Below the pieces are notes generated by a model that did no database searches, was not told the origin of the DNA, and worked only from the letters and a program-made list of their open reading frames with translations. The position numbers were made by a program, and so were the translations under genes. A DNA stretch of 64,000 nucleotides from Eledone cirrhosa (taxonomy: Eukaryota): positions 275,094,001-275,158,000 of the forward strand of contig OZ024743.1 of NCBI GenBank assembly GCA_964016885.1. The letters are read 5' to 3'. Below, in pieces: positions 13,301 through 25,070 of this stretch. Numbering within the stretch: position 1 is the first letter of the stretch; every line of letters begins with the position of its first letter.

Positions 13301-16300
13301 GCTGGTGGTCAATAGTTGTTCTGTTGTGGCTATAGTTAGCTGGTGGTCAACAACTGTTCTGTTGTGGCTATAGTTAGCTGGTGGTCAATAGTTGTTCTGT
13401 TGTGGATATAGTTAGCTGGTGGTCAACAACTGTTCTGTTGTGGCTATAGTTAGCTGGTGGTCAATAGTTGTTCTGTTGTGGCTATAGTTAGCTGGTGGTC
13501 AACAACTGTTCTGTTGTGGCTATAGTTAGCTGGTGGTCAACAACTGTTCTGTTGTGGCTATAGTTAGCTGGTGGTCAACAACTGTTCTATAGTGACTATA
13601 GTTAGCTGGTGGTCAATAGTTGTTCTGTTGTGGCTATAGTTAGCTGGTGGTCAATAGTTGTTCTGTTGTGGATATAGTTAGCTGGTGGTCAACAACTGTT
13701 CTATAGTGACTATAGTTAGCTGGTGGTCAATAGTTGTTCTGTTGTGGCTATAGTTAGCTGGTGGTCAACAACTGTTCTGTTGTGGCTATAGTTAGCTGGT
13801 GGTCAATAGTTGTTCTGTTGTGGCTATAGTTAGCTGGTGGTCAACAACTGTTCTGTTGTGGCTATAGTTAGCTGGTGGTCAACAACTGTTCTATAGTGAC
13901 TATAGTTAGCTGGTGGTCAATAGTTGTTCTGTTGTGGCTATAGTTAGCTGGTAGTCAACAACTGTTCTGTTGTGGCTATAGTTAGCTGGTGGTCAATAGT
14001 TGTTCTGTTGTGGCTATAGTTAGCTGGTGGTCAACAACTGTTCTGTTGTGACTATAGTTAGCTGGTGGTCAACAACTGTTCTGTTGTGGCTATAGTTAGC
14101 TGGTGGTCAACAACTGTTCTGTTGTGGCTATAGTTACGTGGTGGTCAATAGTTGTTCTGTTGTGGCTATAGTTAGCTGGTGGTCAATAGTTGTTCTGTTG
14201 TGGCTATAGTTAGCTGGTGGTCAATAGTTGTTCTGTTGTGGCTATAGTTAGCAGGTGGTCAACAACTGTTCTGTTGTGGCTATAGTTAGCTGGTGGTCAA
14301 TAGTTGTTCTGTTGTGGCTATAGTTAGCTGGTGGTCAATAGTTGTTCTGTTGTGGCTATAGTTAGCTGGTGGTCAATAGTTGTTCTGTTGTGGCTATAGT
14401 TATCTGGTGGTCAATAGTTGTTCTGTTGTGGCTATAGTTAGCTGGTGGTCAATAGTTGTTCTGTTGTGGCTATAGTTAGCTGGTGGTCAACAACTGTTCT
14501 GTTGTGGCTATAGTTAGCTGGTGGTCAATAGTTGTTCTGTTGTGGCTATAGTTAGCTGGTGGTCAATAGTTGTTCTGTTGTGGCTATAGTTAGCAGGTGG
14601 TCAACAACTGTTCTGTTGTGGCTATAGTTAGCTGGTGGTCAATAGTTGTTCTGTTGTGGCTATAGTTAGCTGGTGGTCAATAGTTGTTCTGTTGTGGCTA
14701 TAGTTAGCTGGTGGTAAATAGTTGTTCTGTTGTGGCTATAGTTATCTGGTGGTCAATAGTTGTTCTGTTGTGGCTATAGTTAGCTGGTGGTCAACAACTG
14801 TTCTGTTGTGGCTATAGTTAGCTGGTGGTCAATAGTTGTTCTGTTGTGGATATAGTTAGCTGGTGGTCAACAACTGTTCTGTTGTGGCTATAGTTAGCTG
14901 GTGGTCAACAACTGTTCTGTTGTGGCTATAGTTAGCTGGTGGTCAACAACTGTTCTGTTGTGGCTATAGTTAGCTGGTGGTCAACAACTGTTCTGTTGTG
15001 GCTATAGTTAGCTGATGGTCAACAACTGTTCTATAGTGACTATAGTTAGCTGGTGGTCAATAGTTGTTCTGTCGTGGCTATAGTTAGCTGGTGGTCAACA
15101 ACTGTTCTGTTGTGGCTATAGTTAGCTGGTGGTCAATAGTTGTTCTGTTGTGGCTATAGTTAGCTGGTGGTCAACAACTGTTCTGTTGTGGCTATAGTTA
15201 GCTGGTGGTCAACAACTGTTCTGTTGTGGCTATAGTTAGCTGGTGGTCAACAACTGTTCTGTTGTGGCTATAGTTAGCTGGTGGTCAACAACTGTTCTGT
15301 TGTGGCTATAGTTAGCTGGTGGTCAACAACTGTTCTGTTGTGGCTATAGTTAGCTGGTGGTCAATAGTTGTTCTGTTGTGGCTATAGTTAGCTGGTGGTC
15401 AATAGTTGTTCTGTTGTGGCTATAGTTAGCTGGTGGTCAACAACTGTTCTGTTGTGGCTATAGTTAGCTGGTGGTCAACAACTGTTCTGTTGTGGCTATA
15501 GTTAGCTGGTGGTCAATAGTTGTTCTGTTGTGGCTATAGTTAGCTGGTGGTCAATAGTTGTTCTGTTGTGGCTATAGTTAGCTGGTGGTCAACAACTGTT
15601 CTGTTGTGGCTATAGTTAGCTGGTGGTCAACAACTGTTCTGTTGTGGCTATAGTTAGCTGGTGGTCAACAACTGTTCTATAGTGACTATAGTTAGCTGGT
15701 GGTCAATAGTTGTTCTGTTGTGGCTATAGTTAGCTGGTGGTCAACAACTGTTCTGTTGTGGCTATAGTTAGCTGGTGGTCAACAACTGTTCTGTTGTGGC
15801 TATAGTTAGCTGGTGGTCAACAACTGTTCTATAGTGACTATAGTTAGCTGGTGGTCAATAGTTGTTCTGTTGTGGCTATAGTTAGCTGGTGGTCAACAAC
15901 TGTTCTGTTGTGGCTATAGTTAGCTGGTGGTCAATAGTTGTTCTGTTGTGGCTATAGTTAGCTGGTGGTCAACAACTGTTCTGTTGTGGCTATAGTTAGC
16001 TGGTGGTCAACAACTGTTCTGTTGTGGCTATAGTTAGCTGGTGGTCAATAGTTGTTCTGTTGTGGCTATAGTTAGCTGGTGGTCAACAACTGTTCTGTTG
16101 TGGCTATAGTTAGCTGGTGGTCAACAACTGTTCTGTTGTGGCTATAGTTAGCTGGTGGTCAACAACTGTTCTGTTGTGGCTATAGTTAGCTGGTGGTCAA
16201 CAACTGTTCTGTTGTGGCTATAGTTAGCTGGTGGTCAATAGTTGTTCTGTTGTGGCTATAGTTAGCTGGTGGTCAACAACTGTTCTGTTGTGGCTATAGT

Positions 16301-17087
16301 TAGCTGGTGGTCAATAGTTGTTCTGTTGTGGCTATAGTTAGCTGGTGGTCAATAGCTGTTCTATAGTGGATATAGTTAGCTGGTGGTCAACAGTTGTTCT
16401 TTAGTGGTTATAGTTAGCTGGTGGTCAATAGCTGTTCTATAGTGGATATAGTTAGCTGGTGGTCAATAGCTGTTCTATAGTGGATATAGTTAGCTGGTGG
16501 TCAATAGCTGTTCTATAGTGGATATAGTTAGCTGGTGGTCAATAGCTGTTCTATCGTGGCTATAGTTAGCTGGTGGTCAACAGTTGTTCTTTAGTGGCTA
16601 TAGTTAGCTGGTGGTCAACAACTGTTCTGTTGTGGATATAGTTAGCTGGTGGTCAACAACTGTTCTGTTGTGGCTATAGTTAGCTGGTGGTCATCAGCTG
16701 TTCTTTAGTGGCTATAGTTAGCTGGTGGTCAACAGCTGTTCTTTAGTGGCTATAGTTAGCTGGTGGTCAACAGCTGTTCTTTAGTGGCTATAGTTAGCTG
16801 GTGGTCAACAGCTGTTCTTTAGTGGCTATAGTTAGCTGGTGGTCAACAGCTGTTCTTTAGTGGCTATAGTTAGCTGGTGGTCAACAACTGTTCTGTTGTG
16901 GATATAGTTAGCTGGTGGTCAACAGCTATTCTTTAGTGGCTATAGTTAGCTGGTGGTCAAAAGCTGTTCTTTAGTGGCTATAGTTAGCTGGTGGTCAACA
17001 GCTGTTCTTTAGTGGCTATAGTTAGCTGGTGGTCAACAGCTGTTCTTTAGTGGCTATAGTTAGCTGGTGGTCAACAGCTGTTCTTTC
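10309..17087. repeat. 38-bp tandem satellite, ~178 copies
   Basis: Unit TAGTTAGCTGGTGGTCAA(CAAC/TAGT)TGTTCTGTTGTGGCTA; period checked at 10561/10599; no spacers; edges more diverged. Confidence 0.97.
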
Positions 17088-17505
17088 TATCGTGGTCAGA
17101 ATTTCCTAAATATAACGTGGCGTACTTCATTGACCACAAGGTTTGTCAGCAAAGCAGCCTATATGTCTGTTGAAAATCGACAGAGAAGAGGTGTAGACAA
17201 GTCGACAGAGAAGAGGAGTAGGAAAAAACCCCGCAATGAACAAAAAGAATAGCGAGCAACGACTTCCTTTTATAAATTCTAACACAAGAGTGTATTTTGG
17301 TAGGAGTTCATTGGTAGGGTTAATTCCTCCTGAACAGATATATATTTGGCGAACCAGGTTCAAATCTTACAACAAGTAGTTCAACAACAAATGTTTCATT
17401 TTTTTCTTCCTTTTTTTTCTTTTTTTCCCCTTTAATAGTGTGTTTTATTTTATTAGATACAGCTCCATTATTTTGATGTAATTACTCTCATTATTGTTAT
17501 TATTA

Positions 17506-17557
<52 letters not shown>

Positions 17558-17563
<6 letters not shown>

Positions 17564-17658
17564 GTCCCCAAAAAATAAATACACGCTTCAACAGCGTTCT
17601 AATAAGTATTGCCTGTACAAGTAATCAAAGCGTTTATACATATTTTGGGGGCAACCTG

Positions 17659-17660
<2 letters not shown>
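17558..17660. mobile_element. ~100-bp Tc1/mariner-type MITE in (TA)n
   Basis: tagggtgtccccaaaa...ttttgggggcaacctgta; internal ttctaataagtattgcctgtaca matches reverse complement in the 9706-9797 copy. Confidence 0.6.
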
Positions 17661-17705
<45 letters not shown>

Positions 17706-17709
<4 letters not shown>

Positions 17710-17794
17710 CCCTCTTCCTGCTATATCAAGCGTTAACCTAATATATCCCTTCCATATACTGTACCGATTGTGTTGTTATTTCTGTTTACCTTTT

Positions 17795-17796
<2 letters not shown>
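17706..17796 (+). mobile_element. Short retroelement 3' terminus (PLE-like) between (TA)n and (CA)n
   Basis: Near-identical reverse copy at 58135-58212; ends gtttaccttttacacac. Confidence 0.55.
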
Positions 17797-17855
<59 letters not shown>

Positions 17856-17950
17856 AAGTAATTCCGTCGGAAAAGTCCAGGAAAAAAGAGTGCTCTATGT
17901 AAGCAACAGAGCTTAATTATTATTATTAAGTAATAAACAACATAAGGCAA

Positions 17951-18016
17951 TTATTCCATTTACCAGTGGTTTCTTAAAAGCAAAAGGTTTTGCTTTCAAT
18001 CCTCAGAACGAAAAAA
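17951..18016 (-). ncRNA. Hammerhead ribozyme type I
   Basis: Exact mirror of 18070-18135. Confidence 0.75.
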
Positions 18017-18069
18017 TCCTGGTTTGTTTATTGAATTTGGATCTTCCAAATTCAATAAACAAACCAGGA

Positions 18070-18135
18070 TTTTTTCGTTCTGAGGATTGAAAGCAAAACC
18101 TTTTGCTTTTAAGAAACCACTGGTAAATGGAATAA
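18070..18135 (+). ncRNA. Hammerhead ribozyme type I
   Basis: ttttttcgtt-CTGAGGA(18080-18086)-ttg aaagcaaaa cc ttttgcttt taa-GAAACCACTG-GTA(ends 18125)-aatggaataa. Confidence 0.75.
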
Positions 18136-18161
18136 TTGCCTTATGTTGTTTATTACTTAAT

Positions 18162-18225
<64 letters not shown>

Positions 18226-18229
<4 letters not shown>

Positions 18230-18904
18230 ATAATAATAAATTTGAAGACTAAAATCCAAATAGGGCTCGATAAGGATAAATATATATCAAATATATAAGA
18301 ACCGTAGAGCAAATATTTATTAAAATAACAGATTAAAGTTTAAGCAAAGAATCACTGCTTTCACCCTTAACGGGATTCTCTGAAACTAACAAAGTCAATC
18401 TGTAAACGCAGAAGTGGATATTTCAAAAAACGTTGCAACCGGAGGAAGACAGGAAGACGATACTTTGGTTCGTGGAAACGTTCCCTTCACAAAACATACA
18501 GGTAATATATACTTACCTATGTAAATAAGTAATGGTATAAACAAAGCATATACTTAGCTACCACATCAAGACGTAAAAATAAATTGCACAAAACATTCCT
18601 GTATTACATCCCCACGTTATACCCTAACGGATAGTACGATCTATACGTTGATATTTTACGTCTTGATGTGGTAGCTAAGTATATGCTTTGTTTATACCAT
18701 TACTTATTTGCATAGGTAAGTATATATTACCTGTATGTTTTGTGAAGGGAACGTTTCCACGAACCAAAGTATCGTCTTCCTGTCTTCCTCCAGTTGCAAC
18801 GTTTTTTGAAATATCCACTTCTGCGTTTACAGATTGACTTTGTTAGTTTCAGAAGATCCCGTTAAGGGTGAAAGCGGCGATTCTTTGCTTAAACTTTAAT
18901 CTGT

Positions 18905-18911
<7 letters not shown>
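18226..18911. mobile_element. Large inverted-repeat cassette (PLE pseudo-LTR-like) between (TA)n tracts
   Basis: ~258-bp arms 18321-18578/18654-18911, ~75-bp spacer; hammerhead-like fold with mutated core at 18845-18895 (agttt-CAGAAGA-tccc gttaa gggt-GAAAGC...GCTT-aaact). Confidence 0.7.
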
Positions 18912-18984
<73 letters not shown>

Positions 18985-18991
<7 letters not shown>

Positions 18992-19368
18992 AGACAAAAG
19001 AGAATCAGTGTTGCGGCGAAAGGAATTTATTGGACATATTACAATTGTTTCTCGAGCGACCAGCTCGAGGCACGATCGATGTGATGATCAAACCTGACTC
19101 TGAAATCGCAGATTTTCCTATTAAGGAAAATCTGCTTCGTAGAATCGAGACGTATCCGAGGACCGCGGGATTTCAGAGTCAGGTTTGATCGTCACATCGA
19201 TCGTGCCTCGAGCTGGTCGCCCGAGAAACAATTGTAATATGTCCAATAAATTCCTTTCGTCGCAACACTGATTCTCTTTTTTCTGTGATATCATACTCTG
19301 CTCTATGAGGGCATCGAGTGCTCATACGGCCTACCGCATACGGACGCTCTAAGCATCCAACACCAATT
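18985..19368. mobile_element. Fold-back cassette (PLE-derived) between (TA)n tracts
   Basis: 123-bp arms 18985-19107/19169-19291; spacer hairpin gcagattttcc/ggaaaatctgc; 3' motif actctgctctatgagggcatcgagtgctc. Confidence 0.8.
19149..19243 (+). ncRNA. Hammerhead ribozyme type I, U4C core, expanded stem II
   Basis: gacgtat-CCGAGGA(19156-19162)-~62 nt stem II domain-GAAACAATT-GTA(ends 19236)-atatgtc; 7-bp stem I; palindromic ACAATTGT stem III. Confidence 0.65.
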
Positions 19369-19616
19369 ATATATATATATATATCTGTGTATGTGTTTGT
19401 GTGTGTGTGTGTGTGTGTATGTGTGTGTGTGTACTAGACCACTCGTGACCCGTTGGGTCACTTTCGCTTTAAAATATTTTCTTTAAATCATGTTCACTTA
19501 AAAGTAATTTTAAAATAATTAAAATATACACAGACATGTATATGATGTAAAACTGGAAAGCCCATATATATGTGTTTGTATGTGTGTGTGTTTATATATG
19601 TATTTATGTGTGTGAA

Positions 19617-19825
19617 AGTGCGTGGTTAGGGCATTCGGCTCACAATCGTAAGGTCATGAGTTCGATTCCTGGCGTTGAGTTGTGTCCTTGAGCAAGACAC
19701 TTTATTTCACGTTGCTCCAGTCCTCTCAGCTGACAAAAATGAGTTGTACCTTAAATTCGAAGGACCAGCCTTGTCACATCCAATGTCACACTGAATCTCT
19801 CTGAGAACTACGTAAAGGATACTTG
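19617..19825 (+). mobile_element. tRNA-derived SINE (family B)
   Basis: gtggttagggcattcggctcacaatcg..gagttcgattcc B-box, tgtgtccttgagcaagacactttatttcacgttgctccag core. Confidence 0.8.
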
Positions 19826-19851
19826 CGTTAATTTGTGAATTTGGTGATCTA

Positions 19852-20785
19852 AATAGAGAGGGTTAGTTGTGAGAGAGAGTGAGATATGTAGTGGGATAGA
19901 GAGAGGGAGAGAGTTTGTTGGTTGAATGAGAGAGGAGAAATTAGGAGAGTGGGAGAGAGTGAGGTATGTTGTGATATAGAGAGGGGGAGATTGATCGGTT
20001 GTCTAGTGAGAGAGGGGGAATTGTAAGAGTGGACGAGGTACGTAGTCGAATAGAGAGGGGAATAGAATTTGTTGCTCTAATGAGAGAGAGGGAATTAAGA
20101 GAGTGAAAGAGAGTGAGGTATTTAGTAGAATAAAGTGAGTGGGAAAGAATTTGTTGGTTTAGTGAGAGAGGGGGAATTGTGAGAGTGTGAGAGAATGTGG
20201 TATGTAGTATAATATAGAGAGGGGTTGAGAATTTGGTGGTCTAGTGAGAGAGTGGGAATTGCGAGAGAGGGTGAGGGAGAGTGATGTATGTAGTGGTATA
20301 TAGAGAGGGGGGTTTGTGGCTGAGGGAGTGAGGGGGAACTGTTAGAGTGAGTGATATATATATAGAATATAGAGAGGGAGAGTTTGTTACTCTAGTGAAA
20401 GAAGGGGGATTAAGAGAGTGAAAGGGAGTAGGGTATTTAGTGGAATATAGAGAGGGGAAGAGAATTCGTTGGTTTAGTGAGAGAGAGGGAATTGTGAGAG
20501 AGAGGGGATATTTAATAGGATATAGAGCGGGGGAGATTGATTGGTGCTCTAGTGAGAGGGGGAATTGTGAGAGAGTGGGGTATTTAGAGGTATGTAGTAG
20601 AATATAGAGAGGGGGAGAGAATTTCGTGGTCTAGTGAGAGAGGGATAATTGTGAGAGAGAGTGAGGTATGTAGTGGGATAAAGAGATGGGGGAGATAGAT
20701 TAGTGAGAGAGGGGCTGAGAGATTGAGAGAAAGTGAGATATGTAGTCGGGTAGAGAGAGAGCGAGAGAGTTTTGTGGTTTAGTGT
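19852..20785. repeat. Diverged purine-rich minisatellite (~60-85-bp units)
   Basis: Recurring ctagtgagagagggggaattgtgagagagtgaggtatgtagtggaatatagagaggg. Confidence 0.75.
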
Positions 20786-20947
20786 ATATGAGTGTGTATG
20801 TTTATATGTACATATGTGTGTGTATATAAACATATATATATGTGACAAAGGGCGGAAGAACTCATAAGAGTCAACGACCATCCAAAAATGTGTGAATATG
20901 TATATACACATGTTACATATGTATGTGTATGTATATACATGTGTATA

Positions 20948-21655
20948 TGCCTGGGGTGTCAAGGAGGTGCATGTACCTCTGTAGGGGGGCTAGCCATGCC
21001 CTTTTCAGGACAGCTCGTCCTGCATTGGCTCCCACCTGACACTCAGCTCTCACCTGTGGCCCCAAGAAGCTGTAGCATGCGACACCGGCCACACCCCGGT
21101 AAACCGCCAAGGCTGGCGGGCCAAACCAGTTTGAGGGTAGCCGGACGGGTCTGAAACCCTCCGGTGAGCTAGATAGGGGATGCCTACCCCTGCATGCGAA
21201 GACTGGACCCGGCGGGGTGAGTGTAGGAGGTCAACATCGTCCCAACGGTCACGAAGGCGGCGACAGCAAGCGGTGTGGAGCGCTAGGGCACGGCAAGGCA
21301 CTACAGACGTCGTGGCCATCCACTGCAGCCGAGGAAGTCCCTGGTCGTGACGGTCCTCCGTACCACCGGATTCTGGCTTCTGTGGCCGAGTGAGTGGGAC
21401 CGTCACTGTGCACTGGCCCTCCCACTATCAACTTTTCCCGTACAGGTCTCTTCTTTATCGTGCACTCCCAAAGAGGCGGAGGTAACAAGTAGAGGAGAAA
21501 GGTATCAGCAGCTGCTCCAAGCAACTCTCCCCTGCCCCCACTGCCCCCGGACCTGCAAGTCAAGGATCGGCCTCCACAGCCACCTTCGCGCTCACGGCAG
21601 ACGGGAACAACAATGAAGAAGATGTCATCATCGTTTACGATGAACAAGCAAGAAG
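20948..21655 (+). mobile_element. Internally deleted RTE-clade LINE derivative (5' UTR-like part + ORF C-terminus)
   Basis: GC-rich unique block; ORF 21347-21616 ends CPHCPRTCKSRIGLHSHLRAH, the C2H2 tail typical of RTE ORFs; no RT or APE present. Confidence 0.65.
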
Positions 21656-21944
21656 ATATATGTGTGTGTGTATATATATGTGTGGGCGGGTTTGTATGTT
21701 TCTATATATATATGTGTGTGTGTGTTTGTTTATGTGTGTGTGTGTGTTTGTTTATATGTGTGTGTGTGTTTATATATATGTGTGTGCGTTTATATGTGTA
21801 TGTGTGTGTGCCTGTGTGCTTGTGTATGTGTGTGCATGTGCGTGTGTATATGTGTGTGTGTGTTTGTATATTTATATATGTGTGTGCGTATTTGTGTTTG
21901 TATATATATGTGTGTGTGTGTGTGTGTGTATTTATGTGTGTGAA

Positions 21945-22240
21945 AGTGCGTGGTTAGGGTATTCAGCTCACAATCGTAGGGTCGTGAGTGAGTTCAAATC
22001 CTAGCAGCACGTTGTGTCCTTAAGCAAGACACTCTATTTCACATTGCTCCAGTCCATTCAGCTGGCAAAAATGAGTTTTACCTTTAATTCGAAGGACCAG
22101 CGTTATCACACACTGTGTCGCGCTGAAACTCCCTGAGAACTGCGTAAAGGGTACGCATGTCTGGAGAATGCTCAGCCACTTGCACGTTAATTTCACGAGT
22201 AGGCAATTCCGTTGATAGTATCAACTGGAGCACTCGTCGT
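21945..22240 (+). mobile_element. tRNA-derived SINE (family B)
   Basis: Paralog of 19617-19825. Confidence 0.8.
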
Positions 22241-22478
22241 CGTACTCCATTTACGTGTGTGTGTTTATATGTATATATATATATATCTGTGTGTGTATGT
22301 TTGAATGTATGTATGTGTGTGTTTATATATGTGTATGCCTATGTGTGTTTATATATATGTGTGTGTGTGTGTGTATATATATGTGGGTGTCTTTGACCTA
22401 TATACTCTGGTCTCACACACACGCACGCGCACACACATACATACATATATATATATACACATATACACAAACACACAC

Positions 22479-22577
<99 letters not shown>

Positions 22578-22820
22578 TACACTTATACACACACTTAGAA
22601 ACCTTTCCTATTCAGCAGGAAATATTCGCTACACGCGTCCTTTCCTAACACAAGTTTTGTGATACATATGATTTAATATTCAGTCACCAATCGATCTAGG
22701 TACAGTAATGCTGTATTAGATTCTTTGAAGTCACCTGTTATAATTTCATTCAACAACACCATCAGCTCTCTCTCTCCCTCTCTCTCTCTCTCTTCCATTT
22801 TCCTTCTCTATATCGTACTC

Positions 22821-22917
<97 letters not shown>

Positions 22918-23129
22918 GTCACTCTTTCAATCTACTCTCTCACAACCACAATCTCTTTCACTCTATCTTTCTCTCTCTCTATTTATGAAGGTACTTACAA
23001 AAAACCGTATCGCGGGACCCCGTACCCCGATTTACGCGAAACTTGTTTTATTCCATTTGTATTCCCAATTCAGGGGAAACTTCCTTTCAAAGTATTTTTC
23101 CATTATGCGCCGTTTTGGGTGTATCAAAT

Positions 23130-23670
23130 TACAGACAAGAACAACTATCTGAACTCTTGTTCTCGGTTATGGACACCCAACAGTGTCAAATTAACTTCAG
23201 ATCTTGAAGCAACACAACGTTGCTAAACCAAGATGATTGTTTCAATGAAAGGGTGAATTTCTGGAAAAAACTGAAACAATTGAAACCCTATCCGTACAGC
23301 GAAGACAGAAGAGATCCTGAAGGGGCTAGCACCAGTCTTTGGCGATGAGAGCTGAACCAACTCATGAATAGATCATCCCTGTGCAGTGACAAAAGTCCTG
23401 TCGTCAACATCTAGAGTACGTTTGGGATTCAAGAGACCCCAGCTCTTTAATATGCTGTCATGAAACCCGAGAGATCTACATGGGATGAATGTAGATGTTT
23501 TCAAGAAACATTTCAACATTCTGTTACCTAAGATACCAGATGATCCTACAGCACGCCAAAAATCCCAAACTTCCTCATGCATCAATGGCCAACCAAAAAG
23601 GAGCAGTTATAAAAAAGGCAGCAACAATAGCGGTGTCCCAGCATGGCCTCAACCCGTCGCCTGGAAGAGA
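23130..23670 (+). pseudogene. CR1-group LINE ORF2 3' fragment, decayed
   Basis: Frameshifted FWKKLKQLK.Y..QRRQKR ... PQLFNML..NPRDLHGMNVDVFKKHFNILLPKIPDDP, resembling the CR1 ORF2 C-terminus. Confidence 0.6.
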
Positions 23671-23702
<32 letters not shown>

Positions 23703-23739
23703 AATCAGGACGGATTCAGTTTGAAACTGGTTAGACCAG

Positions 23740-25056
23740 TTTACTTTAAAAATTGGTGGTTCAAGTTGTGAGAGTAGAACAATTTGTGGATTCAAAAATT
23801 TTGTTCAACATTGAAAATGTTTTCAGAATATTGTTAATTTACCGAAGCTATACAGATATATACACGATTGAGAAAGGAAAGATAACTCCAATTTTGTTTG
23901 TTAACCATTAAATTAGAGAAAATTATATATTATTTTGTGTGAGATCCATTATTTTAGTCGAAAATTGTGTGAATGCTTGAATAACAAAAAGAGAGAGAAA
24001 AAATGTAATGTGTTTTTCAAAGAACTATCTTAAAATTTTCAGAATGTCATTTAAAGATTATCAATCTACATCTAAAATTATATTTATAGGGGTGTCCTTA
24101 CAAAAATAATGTCCGAATTAAAAATAATGTCAGAATTAAAATAATGTAGGAAATTAAAATATTAAATATATATATTAAAAATATTATAAATATTAGAGAT
24201 ATAAAAAATTTGTAAATATTAAAAATATTAAAAAGTATTAAAAAATATAAAAAATTATTTAAAATATTAAAAATATTAAAAAATATTAAAAATATTAAAA
24301 AATTGACATTTAATGTTGAACAAAATTTTTGAATCCACAAATTGCTCTGCTCTCACAACTTGAACCACCTATTTTTTAAGTAAAATACAAATTCAACATC
24401 CTTCGTAACTCATATTTGATATATAAACAACTAATACATACGCAATTTATTAATATATATATAGATATTTATATACATATAACCTATCGTAATGTAATAA
24501 GATAAAAATACTTACAACCATAATTCTTCATATAATCTAATTGATTATATATACAATATTATAACTCATAATATAGGTAAATAAATCTTTTCCCCTAAAT
24601 TAACGTAAATGCTAGCTCTTCTTCCTTTCTCTTCTTTCCTACGCATACAATAACTTATCATAATTATTTTAATTTTCCATAGCGTCTAAAATAACGTTTT
24701 TTTTTCAACCCTTTTACCTAAACCTCATTTGCATACTCATCTTAATAATTTGAAATATCTTACTTTTCATCTCTTTTCCCTTCACTATCCAGGGATAACT
24801 TGAACCGTTAAGGTATATTCTCCTTGGTTATGTCAAAATTTATAAAACGCACTTCGTATTTTATCTGATGATAGCGTACCAAAATGTTGGTACCCTTGAA
24901 ATATATATAATAGAATAAATATGGTTTTATAAATATAGTTTCCATTTATTTAATATCATTGTACATTATACTCCAAAAAATCTGTTGAGTGCTCTGAATC
25001 TGTTATAAACATTTATATTTGTTGAATTACCAACAAATTGAATATCCCTTCTGCTT
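23740..25056. mobile_element. Decayed PLE 3' region with inverted duplicate
   Basis: 23740-23812 is an inverted copy of ~24312-24383; hammerhead at 24857; 3' motif actcc...gttgagtgctc; (TA)n at both ends. Confidence 0.5.
24857..24917 (+). ncRNA. Hammerhead ribozyme type I (AUA triplet)
   Basis: tattttat-CTGATGA(24865-24871)-tagc gtacca aaatgt tggtac cctt-GAAATATAT-ATA-atagaata; 8-bp stem I. Confidence 0.7.
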
Positions 25057-25070
25057 ATATATATATATTT

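Larger units (their letters stand above)
17853..18168. mobile_element. Perfect fold-back cassette with hammerheads on both strands, in (TA)n
   Basis: 124-bp arms 17918-18041/18045-18168; minus-strand 3' tail gctctgttgcttacatagagcactc...cggaattacttcac. Confidence 0.85.

Noticed and set aside
10309-17087. CRISPR array (38-bp repeat)
   Set aside because: Head-to-tail monomers with no unique spacers, no cas genes, eukaryotic context
17100-17140. 41-nt candidate micro-exon next to the satellite
   Set aside because: Acceptor is formed by the satellite end; no independent support
19617-19675. Functional tRNA genes
   Set aside because: A/B boxes are SINE heads followed by SINE bodies; no complete cloverleaf
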